From a virus (taxonomy: Duplodnaviria > Caudoviricetes): a stretch of DNA of 64,000 nucleotides. Made by a program: the position numbers and the translations under genes. Each line of letters starts with the position of its first letter. Positions within the stretch are counted from its first letter, which is position 1. Under the pieces are notes generated by a model, which worked only from the letters and a program-made list of their open reading frames with translations, was not told where the DNA came from and did no database searches. Positions 17,352-26,889 of the stretch are shown here, piece by piece. The stretch lies in IMG/VR virus record IMGVR_UViG_3300042268_000564. One strand, given 5' to 3'.

Positions 17352-18775
17352 TAATCGAACATGTCTATTTCTTGCATTTGAATAGCAGGGAATTGACTAT
17401 TGCTGGACAGGGGAACTTTTTCTTTTTTATGAACATTAGCCGTAGCGCAGGTTTCATTGGCTACAATCTCAAGTCTGGCTTTTGCAGTGCCGAATGATTC
17501 CTTTTCTTTCTCAATACCAATAAAATATCTACCTTCCATCAAGCAGCCAATGCCTGTAGAGCCACTTCCCATAAATGGGTCTAATACAATGCCCCCAGTT
17601 GGCGTTTTTGTTAATTTAGCAAGGTAAGACATGAGGTTGCGATTTTTTACAGCAGGATGTTTGTTTTCTACTTGTCCATCGCACGTCCTATCTCGTTTTG
17701 AGGCTTTCGCACAATAATAGAATCTTGCAATGGAGCCTGAATCGCCATGTTGGTTTTGCGGGTTGCTTTTACCTCGCAAGAGGGTGGTGTTGCTGTCGCC
17801 ATCATAAGCATTTACATCTTTCTTTGTTGCACCTGATTTGGTTTTGCCATATTTATTAAATTCTTGCATTACATCATCAGAGCCGTCGTGAATCACGTTA
17901 CTGGGGAAACGACCATTCTCGCTATTTTTTATGATTTGTTCAGGAGGGAGTATGGGACTGACATTGAAATCAATATTTGCACTTTTGTTTGTTTTCACAC
18001 TTTTAAAGCTGTGCCTTTTTTGTTCATATTTTTCTCTGTCAGATAGACCTATTGGCACTCTGCACTCCTCAATGTTTAAGCCAGCCACACCCCATTTAAG
18101 AGCATTATCAACATAACTGCCCTCATTAGGCTTCGTCATTACCAAAATTGGCTCAAAGGCAGGTTTAAGTGCGTGACTATGCCAACCATTCCATAGTTCG
18201 GCTTCAGGACTTGCTGGTTTTGTAATTTGGATAACATTGCCATGTTCATTGTAGTTATTAGGTCTATGTCCTTGTACCACATTTGCTTTGTTGACATTTG
18301 CCATTCCGCCAGACTTTGTAATGGTCTCAGATATAACCTCTCGTTCAAGCCCTTTTGTCTTGTCTATTTTTTTTGAAATGTTAAGCGATTTGGGAAATCC
18401 TTCTGAGTGAAGAAAGAATATACAATCCTTGAATGTAAAGCCTGCGAGCTGCATAGAGATTGCCATCAAGTCGAAGGTTCTAGTCCCAGCAAATACCAGC
18501 GCAGTACCTCCCGGCTTTAAAACACGACAAACTTCTTTCCAGATAGCAGGAGGTGGAACGCTGCTGTCCCATTCTTTACTCATAAAACCTTTAGCCCCCA
18601 CTTTGTCGGCAGAATGTTGTCCCAAATCAAGCCATTCCTGTAACAAGCCAGCGAGGTCTTTTATCTCGCCTAGCCCGTATGGTGGGTCGGAAATTACAGT
18701 GTCGACAGAGTTGTCGTCCATTTTTTTAAGCTCGTCGTAACAATCGCCGTGGATGAGTTGGTATTTTTCCTGCAT
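17351..18775 (-). CDS. DNA methyltransferase, N6-A/N4-C beta class
   Basis: ISDPPY, GFPKS, GRFPSNVI, HPAVK, DPFMGSGST; ends QEIDMFD. Confidence 0.92.
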   Translation of the reverse strand: MQEKYQLIHGDCYDELKKMDDNSVDTVISDPPYGLGEIKDLAGLLQEWLDLGQHSADKVGAKGFMSKEWDSSVPPPAIWKEVCRVLKPGGTALVFAGTRTFDLMAISMQLAGFTFKDCIFFLHSEGFPKSLNISKKIDKTKGLEREVISETITKSGGMANVNKANVVQGHRPNNYNEHGNVIQITKPASPEAELWNGWHSHALKPAFEPILVMTKPNEGSYVDNALKWGVAGLNIEECRVPIGLSDREKYEQKRHSFKSVKTNKSANIDFNVSPILPPEQIIKNSENGRFPSNVIHDGSDDVMQEFNKYGKTKSGATKKDVNAYDGDSNTTLLRGKSNPQNQHGDSGSIARFYYCAKASKRDRTCDGQVENKHPAVKNRNLMSYLAKLTKTPTGGIVLDPFMGSGSTGIGCLMEGRYFIGIEKEKESFGTAKARLEIVANETCATANVHKKEKVPLSSNSQFPAIQMQEIDMFD

Positions 18776-18785
18776 AATTTTCCCA

Positions 18786-18813
18786 TTGACAATATTGATT
18801 CGCTATTTATAAT
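18786..18813 (+). promoter_or_regulatory. Promoter TTGACA-N16-TATAAT
   Basis: Perfect hexamers. Confidence 0.8.
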
Positions 18814-18832
18814 ACCTTTGACGGGAGAAAAT

Positions 18833-19180
18833 ATGACAGAGATATTCTTAAAAGACATGCGCCGCAAGCTTGAATCTGTTGGCGTATTGACAAGAAAAGA
18901 GCAGATGCAATTATTGGACATTGCAGAACAACAAAGGTTGACAAATAAAGAGTTGAAGTTACTAGAGTATTTCCTTGATGATTACGGGAATGATTTAAGT
19001 AACAGGGGGTGTAATGACGTGCCTGAGAACGTTTGGAAGGATTGGTCAATAGATGAGCGCAAAAACTTTGTAAAGGCTTATCATGATTACAATGGTGGCA
19101 CCGAAGAATTTGATGAAAACTTTTTACATTTGCCTGATTATTGTATTGTCAGTTTTTTAAGACATAAATTAAAAGGTTGA
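18833..19180 (+). CDS. Hypothetical protein
   Basis: Start MTEIF behind GGGAG RBS. Confidence 0.7.
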   Translation: MTEIFLKDMRRKLESVGVLTRKEQMQLLDIAEQQRLTNKELKLLEYFLDDYGNDLSNRGCNDVPENVWKDWSIDERKNFVKAYHDYNGGTEEFDENFLHLPDYCIVSFLRHKLKG

Positions 19181-19183
19181 AAA

Positions 19184-19813
19184 ATGATTTCAGTGATTAC
19201 TAACTTCGGGTGTGATGAGGGATGTTCTTATTGCATAATGCGAGGACATCCTTTTGAACATGTAAAAACAACTGTTCAATCCACTGATTGGGAAGAATTA
19301 AAACGGGTTTTGCAAGGGCAGATAAGAATTTCTGTTTCTGGTGGTGGCGACCCTTTATATCAACTTGAGCAAAATATGGACTGGTGGGAACATTTCTTTG
19401 ACGTTGCACAAGGTCTTGAAATTGACTTACACACAGCAAAACTATCGCCAGTCAGCTTTGCAAGGAATTTCGCAAAGTATGTTTGGCATGTTAAAGACAT
19501 AACAAAACCAATAGCGTTAGAATATAAACAACTGGTTGACTATGGAATACCTGTAAGAATGGTAGCTGTGGGAGAAGAAAGATACACTGAGGATGATTAT
19601 CTGCGTTTCGCAAGGCAAGTTGTGATGATGGGGTTTCAATGTTCTTTCCGTGAATTGGTTGTTGATGGTGAAGCAAAGAATATCGCTTTGACAAGTTTTT
19701 TGGAGACAGAGCGTTGGTGGAAATTTGTTCGGCAAGCTGATTATAATACGTATTTCATGCCCGATAATAATCTTTATGATAAGTTCTTGATAGGAGAAAC
19801 CTCTCATGCTTAA
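19184..19813 (+). CDS. Radical SAM protein
   Basis: GCDEGCSYC (CxxxCxxC), ISVSGGGDP. Confidence 0.85.
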   Translation: MISVITNFGCDEGCSYCIMRGHPFEHVKTTVQSTDWEELKRVLQGQIRISVSGGGDPLYQLEQNMDWWEHFFDVAQGLEIDLHTAKLSPVSFARNFAKYVWHVKDITKPIALEYKQLVDYGIPVRMVAVGEERYTEDDYLRFARQVVMMGFQCSFRELVVDGEAKNIALTSFLETERWWKFVRQADYNTYFMPDNNLYDKFLIGETSHA

Positions 19814-21860
19814 ATTTAAAAATGCATTTTATTTGCCTTCTGGACGAATTTTTCTGCTCGAAACAGGTGACGGTTATCCCATTGAATGTACTGAAATGAG
19901 AGACGTGATGGTTGATAGCAAGCAACATGATGCAGTAAGAACCAGTATCGACCCGAAAGTTATTTGGCAGCATTTGCGCCCGTATGACAAGAAATGGCTT
20001 CTCACTGTGAGCACTCAGAAAGGTTGTCCGCATAATTGTCAATTTTGTTTGGTACCCGGTTCGCCAATATTGATGCAAAACTTTAATTCAATACCGATAG
20101 AAGAAGTGAAATTAAATGATATTGTTTGGGTTCCAACCCCGTCTAATGAGTTCTGCAAATATCCTGCACAATATGCAACAAAAAAATATGTTAGCCTGAG
20201 CAAGGTAACTGGTTTAATTAAACGGGTTTATAGTGGAGAAGTCTTTTCTATCAAAACTAAGTCGGGTTTATGTATAGAATGGATAACACAAGAACACCCT
20301 GTTTATGTGTTACGAAAAGGGCGTTTTAAAGCAACTCCAGCAAATGAGCTTAGTGTTGGTGACACAGTTCTTTCTTTTAAGTCTGCAAGTCTTTCCCCTA
20401 CGAATATTAATTGGGAAAGGGGATGGCTTGCTGGCATGGCGGATGGTGATATGTATAGAGGTTTTTATACAAATACTATGATGCCAAGAATGTCATTAAT
20501 GCAAAATAATATTGAAGTTGTGGCTTTTGCAAAAAGCATTCTAGACAAATATGGGATTAATACGAGTGCAATAAACCCGGTAAAAAACAAGGGAAACGGG
20601 GGCTATATAGTTACATGGGGTGGCAAAGCTGTTGTTGAATTTGATAATTTTATTAATGATGGCGAACAAGATGAGGATTATATGAGAGGGTATATCGCAG
20701 GTTTTTGGGACGCTGAAGGGGCTAACTTGTCTAATGGCGATTGTGTTAGAGCTTATAATAAAAATATAGCTTTTTTAAACAAAGCAGAAAGCTATTGTCA
20801 TCGACTTGGATATATTTCTGCACATGTAGTGCATTCTTCTGGCTGTAGCTACATACAAACAGGAATTCGAAAATTTGATTTTATTACTAAATTTAGACCA
20901 CAGCATCCAAAATCTTTTTTTTGGCGCAATCAAAACAAGACAAGATGGGCGGCTGACACTTATGGAGTGGATACGATTATAGAAATTCAAAAAAAGCAGT
21001 ATTGTGGAGTCGTTCACAATATAGAAACTGAAATGCATTCATACTTTACTGGCGGGGTTGCAAACCATAATTGTGACGTCGCGCCGCTCCCATTCGAGGG
21101 GAATTTAACGAGGAACGAAATTCTTGCTCAGGTGCAATTTTTGATAAGAACGACACCGTATGCAGTTGGCAGCCAAAAGGTTAAGATTGGTTTCGCTCGA
21201 ATGGGCGAGCCTGCCCACAACCTGCAAAACGTATTGGATGCCATACGAGAACTTTTGCCGCCATATGAAAAAGGGAAAACAGTGGAAATTGTTGGCGGGA
21301 CAATGCCATTCTGTAATTTTAAGTGGCTCCCATGCTTTAATTCTATTCTGCCACGAAAAACTATAGAGGGATTAAGCGGTGAAGATGTTCTGAAGCGTGT
21401 TATTGAGTTTAAAGAGACTGTCTGTCATGGTTTTTTGCATTTACAGATAAGTTGTAATTCCACAGATGAGACCAAGCGCAAAGAATTGTTTGGTGGGGCG
21501 GATGTTCTTTCCTTGCCAGAAATAGTTGAAATAGTCAACAAAACTGAAATAACCGACAGAACTATTACTTTGAATTTTATTGTGATGAAGGGGGTAGAGG
21601 TCGATGTTCAGAAGCTTGTAAAAATGGGCTTGAATCCCAACAAGTTCGCAGTGAAACTTATTCCGTTGAATCAGACTAACAATAGCAGTGAGAATGGTCT
21701 TGAAACATTTGCCAATTACGACAACTATGATGATTTGAAAAAGTTGGCAGATGAATTTAAAAGCCATAATATCCCTGTAGTTTTTGATGCAATTGCCAAG
21801 TGCGAAGAAGCTGGACTCTGCTGTGGGCAGTTGGCACATATTTTTATAAAAAATGCTTGA
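19806..21860 (+). CDS. RlmN/Cfr-like radical SAM enzyme interrupted by an intein
   Basis: VSTQKGCPHNCQF|C, GNLTRNEILAQV, RMGEP, KLIPLN, CCGQL; exteins total 342 aa. Confidence 0.85.
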   Translation: MLKFKNAFYLPSGRIFLLETGDGYPIECTEMRDVMVDSKQHDAVRTSIDPKVIWQHLRPYDKKWLLTVSTQKGCPHNCQFCLVPGSPILMQNFNSIPIEEVKLNDIVWVPTPSNEFCKYPAQYATKKYVSLSKVTGLIKRVYSGEVFSIKTKSGLCIEWITQEHPVYVLRKGRFKATPANELSVGDTVLSFKSASLSPTNINWERGWLAGMADGDMYRGFYTNTMMPRMSLMQNNIEVVAFAKSILDKYGINTSAINPVKNKGNGGYIVTWGGKAVVEFDNFINDGEQDEDYMRGYIAGFWDAEGANLSNGDCVRAYNKNIAFLNKAESYCHRLGYISAHVVHSSGCSYIQTGIRKFDFITKFRPQHPKSFFWRNQNKTRWAADTYGVDTIIEIQKKQYCGVVHNIETEMHSYFTGGVANHNCDVAPLPFEGNLTRNEILAQVQFLIRTTPYAVGSQKVKIGFARMGEPAHNLQNVLDAIRELLPPYEKGKTVEIVGGTMPFCNFKWLPCFNSILPRKTIEGLSGEDVLKRVIEFKETVCHGFLHLQISCNSTDETKRKELFGGADVLSLPEIVEIVNKTEITDRTITLNFIVMKGVEVDVQKLVKMGLNPNKFAVKLIPLNQTNNSSENGLETFANYDNYDDLKKLADEFKSHNIPVVFDAIAKCEEAGLCCGQLAHIFIKNA
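20046..21071 (+). mobile_element. Intein with LAGLIDADG homing endonuclease (342 aa)
   Basis: Starts CLVPGSPI, block B TQEHP, WLAGMADGD and YIAGFWDAEG, ends VHNIET...VANHN followed by Cys. Confidence 0.92.
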
Positions 21861-21884
21861 CAATAGTCCAACTCTTTTTATAAT
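21857..21884 (+). promoter_or_regulatory. Promoter TTGACA-N16-TATAAT
   Basis: Perfect hexamers. Confidence 0.8.
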
Positions 21885-21912
21885 AAAAGAAACTACATTT
21901 GAGGTGTGATTT

Positions 21913-22122
21913 ATGCCAGACAGCCGAAAAGAAAAACTGTTGCAAGCCCTGATTGATGAAAGGGCACGTCTTTTGAACAGTCGAGGAGCTTCTACTGAGC
22001 ATGATGCTGCAATAGAATACTTGCAGACAGGCAAAACAGATGTAAGCCCTGACGATGATGAAATGCTCTATGCGGTGATGGAAGATTTTGACTGCATATG
22101 CAGCGACTACGGGATTGAATAA
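21913..22122 (+). CDS. Hypothetical protein
   Basis: 69 aa, GAGGTG RBS. Confidence 0.7.
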   Translation: MPDSRKEKLLQALIDERARLLNSRGASTEHDAAIEYLQTGKTDVSPDDDEMLYAVMEDFDCICSDYGIE

Positions 22123-22134
22123 TGGAGGGATAAT

Positions 22135-22554
22135 ATGATTCCAAAAACATTATCTGACCTGCGAAACGGGAAGTGGGGCACCATGTGTGGTGTTGGTGGG
22201 AACGAGTGCTTTACCCCAAAAGTTATTGATACTCTGGAACTCTTTTTCGAGCAAGAAATTGAGTATGAATTTGAAGAGGCAGAGAACAGGGCTTGTATTG
22301 TAGACGACCAGTGCGATATTTCAGCTATTGGTTCTGTTTATCTACAGGCAAAAGACGGTGTTGAACTAACCGATGAAATGATGCAGGAATACGACATCCT
22401 TCATCAGAAATATCACGGCGAACCTGACGACATTCTGTCCGAACGGGAACCATTGGAAATCGTTGCCAGATACATTTCCTTGTTGATAGACGATGGTGAT
22501 GGTTCTTGGCGACCAGATGTTTGTGGAAACAGGGTTTATTTTGAAACAGAATAG
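22135..22554 (+). CDS. Hypothetical acidic protein
   Basis: 139 aa, GGAGG RBS. Confidence 0.7.
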   Translation: MIPKTLSDLRNGKWGTMCGVGGNECFTPKVIDTLELFFEQEIEYEFEEAENRACIVDDQCDISAIGSVYLQAKDGVELTDEMMQEYDILHQKYHGEPDDILSEREPLEIVARYISLLIDDGDGSWRPDVCGNRVYFETE

Positions 22555-22563
22555 AGGACAAAA

Positions 22564-23028
22564 ATGACTATTCCAGATTGGGTATTCGACATTGAATATA
22601 AAGCTATGACGCTCAATAATGATTGGGTTCATGGCTCTTATGTCAAACAGCTCAATGACAAAGGGGAAATATCTCATTGGATGATTCCTTTAAACGCAAC
22701 TGCTGGCGTAGAGATTCGTCTTGAATCTCTCTGCCTTTATACTGGACGCAAAGACCGTAGAGGTAGACGAATCTATCAGAATGACTTGATAGGCAAAGAT
22801 GATGGTAGCGCAGCCCTTGTTGTGTATATGCCAACTACAGGCTTTTTTCTGCGTTGGGGTGAAGGGCGAGGGAGAGCTACATTTTCTCATGTTGGGCGTG
22901 ATAGCGGATTTTTCGTGATAGGCAATATTTGTGAAAATCCTAAACTTGTTGGGCAAATTAGTCGTTGGGGGAAAAGCTATTATAAACAAAAAGTAGCAGC
23001 AGACGATGAAATTCCCGTAATTGCATAA
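22564..23028 (+). CDS. YopX family protein
   Basis: WVHGSY, LYTGRKDRRGRRIYQNDLI, VIGNICENPKL. Confidence 0.8.
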   Translation: MTIPDWVFDIEYKAMTLNNDWVHGSYVKQLNDKGEISHWMIPLNATAGVEIRLESLCLYTGRKDRRGRRIYQNDLIGKDDGSAALVVYMPTTGFFLRWGEGRGRATFSHVGRDSGFFVIGNICENPKLVGQISRWGKSYYKQKVAADDEIPVIA

Positions 23029-23226
23029 GAAGCAGTATGAACCCGAATCAGGACATTATAAAGCAAGAGGGTATCGTTCGCCAGTTGTGCAGGCGAGATT
23101 AAGAGCAAAACAAAGAATGCTAACAAGGTTGTTTTATGGGTTCAGTAGCAAGAGGCTGGAAAGGAAACATTTTGAAAATTTGGAACGCTTGGAGCAAGAG
23201 CGGACTCAGCGTCGGGAGGCTATGAA

Positions 23227-23424
23227 ATGGCAGTCACCGCAGTAACAATAGGTAAGCTCATTGAAGGGCATCTCGAAAAAGATGAAAAGAAATTTCTGGC
23301 TTATGCAAATTTTATTGCCGATGAATATGAAAAAACAGGTGATGAGAGAGCTGCACGTATTATAAGAGAACGGCTTGATGGAAGTTATAAAGCCAAGCCA
23401 AAACTTGTGGTGCTGGACGAGTAA
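23227..23424 (+). CDS. Small protein resembling the N-terminal domain of IetA-like AAA ATPases
   Basis: IGKLIEGHLEKDEKKFLAYANFIADEYEKTGDERAARIIRERL. Confidence 0.5.
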   Translation: MAVTAVTIGKLIEGHLEKDEKKFLAYANFIADEYEKTGDERAARIIRERLDGSYKAKPKLVVLDE

Positions 23425-23428
23425 AACA

Positions 23429-23722
23429 ATGACTCAGAATTGGTGTCTTAATGTGACAAATGGTTTCAAAGAGTTTAAAGGTAAAGAATTTGACATGGTT
23501 CCTGTAAAGATTTTTTCTAATAATGGCAAAGAATTGGTCGCCGCTGGCGAAGCCGCACGCAGCGTTATTAATAACCCGCAAGCTTTTTTGCAGGATTTTT
23601 GCAAAGAGGTGCCAGAGGCTTCTAAGCTTGTTATAATGAATGTTTATTGTGAAACGCCATACACGCCTGATGATTTAGTGGTATTCTATCGGGACGATGA
23701 TGGGCAATGGTGTTTGACGTGA
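23429..23722 (+). CDS. Hypothetical protein
   Basis: Start MTQNW just after the previous stop. Confidence 0.6.
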   Translation: MTQNWCLNVTNGFKEFKGKEFDMVPVKIFSNNGKELVAAGEAARSVINNPQAFLQDFCKEVPEASKLVIMNVYCETPYTPDDLVVFYRDDDGQWCLT

Positions 23723-23863
23723 GCAAAAAGAGATTTACAACTGTTATTCCACAGTATATCAATGATTATTTTGATTTACCTTACACGGACAGGCATTTAA
23801 AAGACGGTGAAGCAGTAGATACTACTGATGGTTTAAAGATTATCAAGAAAGAGCAACAAGACG

Positions 23864-24643
23864 ATGACAGCGCAGATAAATGAAGGCATTTTAAGAATGA
23901 CAATTCGCAAGGCTAATAAAGAGTATGCCTTGATTGATTATAAATGTGTTTTTATGTCCCACACGATTAATTCCGCTGATGGCGAATATGTCCCCTCTTA
24001 TGAGGAAATTGTTGACGAGCGGATTGATGAGGATATTTTCAAGCCTCTTTTAAGGGAAATAAAGACACGTAAGCATCATGTTTTGTTTGAAGTTGTGGGT
24101 GATGTGAGATTTGAGAATGGTAAATGTATTTTTTCTTTGATATCCAAAAAAGAAATTGCTCAATGTGATAATCTTTATCATGATGCCAAGCATCTAGTCC
24201 GGGGCAAAAAAAATATTCAACATCGTAAATATCTCGAAGAGCTTGGTCAAGAGTTCTCAAACTTTGAAGAGAATTGGAACCCTCTTGATGTAAGAAATGG
24301 CAGGTGGGCTAAAGACCGTGCCTTATATGGCTTTGATGAGAGAGAAACATGGGATTTGGGGCGCACGGTGAAGCGTAGGCTTTATGAGCGGCTTGTAATG
24401 TTTAAAGAAGTGGCCGGGAAAGTTATTAAACTTGATAGCAAAGAGGATTATGCATTGATTGAAGTTGGCGGCAAGAAGCTTACTTTAAAACAATGTCTGG
24501 ATAGAATGATTCAGGGCTTAAAGCTTGACATGACATTGGACGAGGATTTTGATAGCGTGAAGCGTTCTGACCCAAAAATAAAGAAAAAAATAGATGATGT
24601 ATTCGTGATATTCAAAGAATGCTGTAACGCTTTGTGGTGGTAG
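23864..24643 (+). CDS. Hypothetical phage protein
   Basis: 259 aa; YGFDERETWDL...LYERLVMFKE. Confidence 0.7.
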   Translation: MTAQINEGILRMTIRKANKEYALIDYKCVFMSHTINSADGEYVPSYEEIVDERIDEDIFKPLLREIKTRKHHVLFEVVGDVRFENGKCIFSLISKKEIAQCDNLYHDAKHLVRGKKNIQHRKYLEELGQEFSNFEENWNPLDVRNGRWAKDRALYGFDERETWDLGRTVKRRLYERLVMFKEVAGKVIKLDSKEDYALIEVGGKKLTLKQCLDRMIQGLKLDMTLDEDFDSVKRSDPKIKKKIDDVFVIFKECCNALWW

Positions 24644-24653
24644 GAAGTCAATT

Positions 24654-25310
24654 ATGTTTTGGGATACAAAAAAAGATGTAAAATGCACTCACCCAAAATG
24701 GGAAGTGGTAAAAGAGATTGAATTGCCTTCGGTAGTAGAGCAGATGGGGCTTGATTCTTTGTCGCAAGAGGACAAGATGAAAATGCTGCAACAATTGCAG
24801 CCTCAAGATTTTAACAAGAAAAGTCTGACAATAATGACCTGCCAATTTTGTGGGGAAACCAGAGAGGCCAGTGTCGAACAAAATTATTCAAAACGGGCGT
24901 GCCAGCACCAGTGGGAAATTAATGATGTGCATATTCCATCTAATTTTGAGATGCAGTGTGGTATTGACGCTACATTTGAACAAAGGCAGCGAGTTGCGTC
25001 AAAAATGGTCGCAGAGGACTTTGCGAATGCCATAATAAGACGAACAACCTGCAAGCTTTGTGGTGAATATGATGAATCAAAGATTACAGTTATAAAAGAT
25101 GGAAGTAGCGAGCGATGTGCTCACCAATGGAAGGTTCTAATCGGTGATATGGTTGAGGCTGATACGGATAAGTTTACCGCTTATGGGAAGCAATATAAAT
25201 TCATGGAAATCCGGCAACAAGTTATGTTAACATGTGAAATTTGCGGGATGATATCTCGGCAGGACATGTATTCTACACTTTCTTTGTATAAGGAAGTGCC
25301 TGTAAGATAA
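24654..25310 (+). CDS. Protein with three CxHxW...CxxCG Zn-finger-like repeats
   Basis: CTHPKW..CQFCG, CQHQW..CKLCG, CAHQW..CEICG. Confidence 0.7.
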   Translation: MFWDTKKDVKCTHPKWEVVKEIELPSVVEQMGLDSLSQEDKMKMLQQLQPQDFNKKSLTIMTCQFCGETREASVEQNYSKRACQHQWEINDVHIPSNFEMQCGIDATFEQRQRVASKMVAEDFANAIIRRTTCKLCGEYDESKITVIKDGSSERCAHQWKVLIGDMVEADTDKFTAYGKQYKFMEIRQQVMLTCEICGMISRQDMYSTLSLYKEVPVR

Positions 25311-25319
25311 TATAATGGC

Positions 25320-26489
25320 ATGGAATTCAAAACAAAACATGCTTATGTCTTATTTGGCAATGCTTTACAACGATTAAAAGAGATTCCTGACGAATCCGTA
25401 CATTGCTGTGTCACAAGCCCCCCTTATTATGGCTTGCGTTCATATTTGCCTGACGAACATCCTGACAAGGTGGATGAAATTGGGCTTGAACAATCACCAA
25501 AAGATTATATCAATAATTTGGTAATGATTTTCAGGGAAATTAGACGTATTTTGCGACCCGACGGCTCGGTCTGGGTGAACATAGGTGACTGTTATGTAGC
25601 TGGGAAAGGGACAGCAAGCCCTACAACTACAGATAGCAAAGCTTTGTTAAAAGAAATGAATGTAAAGCCGAAAGATTTGCTTGGAATCCCTTGGATGTTG
25701 GCTTTTGCCTTAAGAGATGATGGGTGGTATTTGCGTCAAGAAGTCATTTGGTCAAAGGTTTCTGCAATGCCTGAATCAGTGACTGATAGATTTACAAAAG
25801 CGCATGAACAAGTGTTTCTTTTGACAAAAAATGCGAAATATTTTTTTGATAATGAAGCGGTAAAAGAGAAGGCTGTATCGAATAAAAAAGGTTCCAGAGT
25901 ATTTGGCTCAAAAGAACAAGTTGGAACTTTAAGAAATGATATAGGCAGAGAATTTGTTGATAATGGCAAGAGGAATAAACGGTCAGTCTGGCATATTGCA
26001 CCTGAATCGTATAGTGGGGCACATTTTGCTGTTATGCCAAAGAAATTAGTAGAGCCATGTATTCTTGCAGGCACGTCCGAAAAGGGATGTTGTTCTGTTT
26101 GCGGGAATCCTATTGTTAGACTTACAGAAAGACAAGTTGCAACATCAAAGTCTTGTCCTAAAACAGAAGAGGCACACAAGGCTAGAGGCGGTCAAGGTGA
26201 GCCTTCTGGTACCGTGGGGAAGTCGGGCAGTGGAAGGGTTGACGGTTATACTATAACGGTTGGATGGGAGCCAACATGTAGTTGTGGCAAAGGAATTTCG
26301 CCATGCAAAGTAATAGACCCATTCGCTGGCTCTGGAACTGTTGGCGAGGTTGCCTTGAAGTTTGGACGTGATTTTGTCGGCATTGAGCTTAATGGTGAGT
26401 ATTATTCTTTAATAGAGAAGAGATTGCAAGAGGCAGAGCTTGTGGCAAGCATGAAAACAGTGAGCTACGAAGAATTGGAAATGGAATGA
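25320..26489 (+). CDS. DNA methyltransferase, N4-C/N6-A beta class
   Basis: VTSPPY, WVNIGD, AHFAVMP, DPFAGSGT; paralog of 16034..17224; ends YEELEME. Confidence 0.92.
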   Translation: MEFKTKHAYVLFGNALQRLKEIPDESVHCCVTSPPYYGLRSYLPDEHPDKVDEIGLEQSPKDYINNLVMIFREIRRILRPDGSVWVNIGDCYVAGKGTASPTTTDSKALLKEMNVKPKDLLGIPWMLAFALRDDGWYLRQEVIWSKVSAMPESVTDRFTKAHEQVFLLTKNAKYFFDNEAVKEKAVSNKKGSRVFGSKEQVGTLRNDIGREFVDNGKRNKRSVWHIAPESYSGAHFAVMPKKLVEPCILAGTSEKGCCSVCGNPIVRLTERQVATSKSCPKTEEAHKARGGQGEPSGTVGKSGSGRVDGYTITVGWEPTCSCGKGISPCKVIDPFAGSGTVGEVALKFGRDFVGIELNGEYYSLIEKRLQEAELVASMKTVSYEELEME

Positions 26490-26824
26490 AATTCTCAGTT
26501 AAAAAATCAGTCAAAAAACGTACGGGTGTTTATCAAATAAAGAATCTTAAAACAAATGAGATTTATATTGGTAGCACTGGCAATAGTTTTTATCAGCGAT
26601 ATCATCAGCACATGTGCGATTATCGAACCAGACGCAGAAAGACAAAAAAGCTTTTTGATGCTTTTGATGAGTATGGGATAGAGAATTTTGAATTTAAAGT
26701 TATTTGTTTGTGTAAAAAAGAATATTGTGTAACGGCAGAACAATTTTTTCTTGATAGAGGCACAGATTACAATATTATGCCTCAAGCGGGAAATTTTGCT
26801 GATTTTTATGGCAGTTCGAAATAG
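26486..26824 (+). CDS. GIY-YIG nuclease domain protein
   Basis: GVYQIKN...IYIGST, RYHQH, YGIENF, EQFFLD, YN. Confidence 0.85.
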   Translation: MKFSVKKSVKKRTGVYQIKNLKTNEIYIGSTGNSFYQRYHQHMCDYRTRRRKTKKLFDAFDEYGIENFEFKVICLCKKEYCVTAEQFFLDRGTDYNIMPQAGNFADFYGSSK

Positions 26825-26889
26825 ACGTGCTCTCCCGTTGAGAAAGTATTAAATAGCAGCTTTTAAATCCCACAAGGAGGTCTATCTAT

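Noticed and set aside
25320-26824. MTase plus GIY-YIG as a restriction-modification pair
   Set aside because: The 112-aa nuclease looks like a homing-endonuclease catalytic domain without a DNA-binding region; no evidence of a cognate pair.
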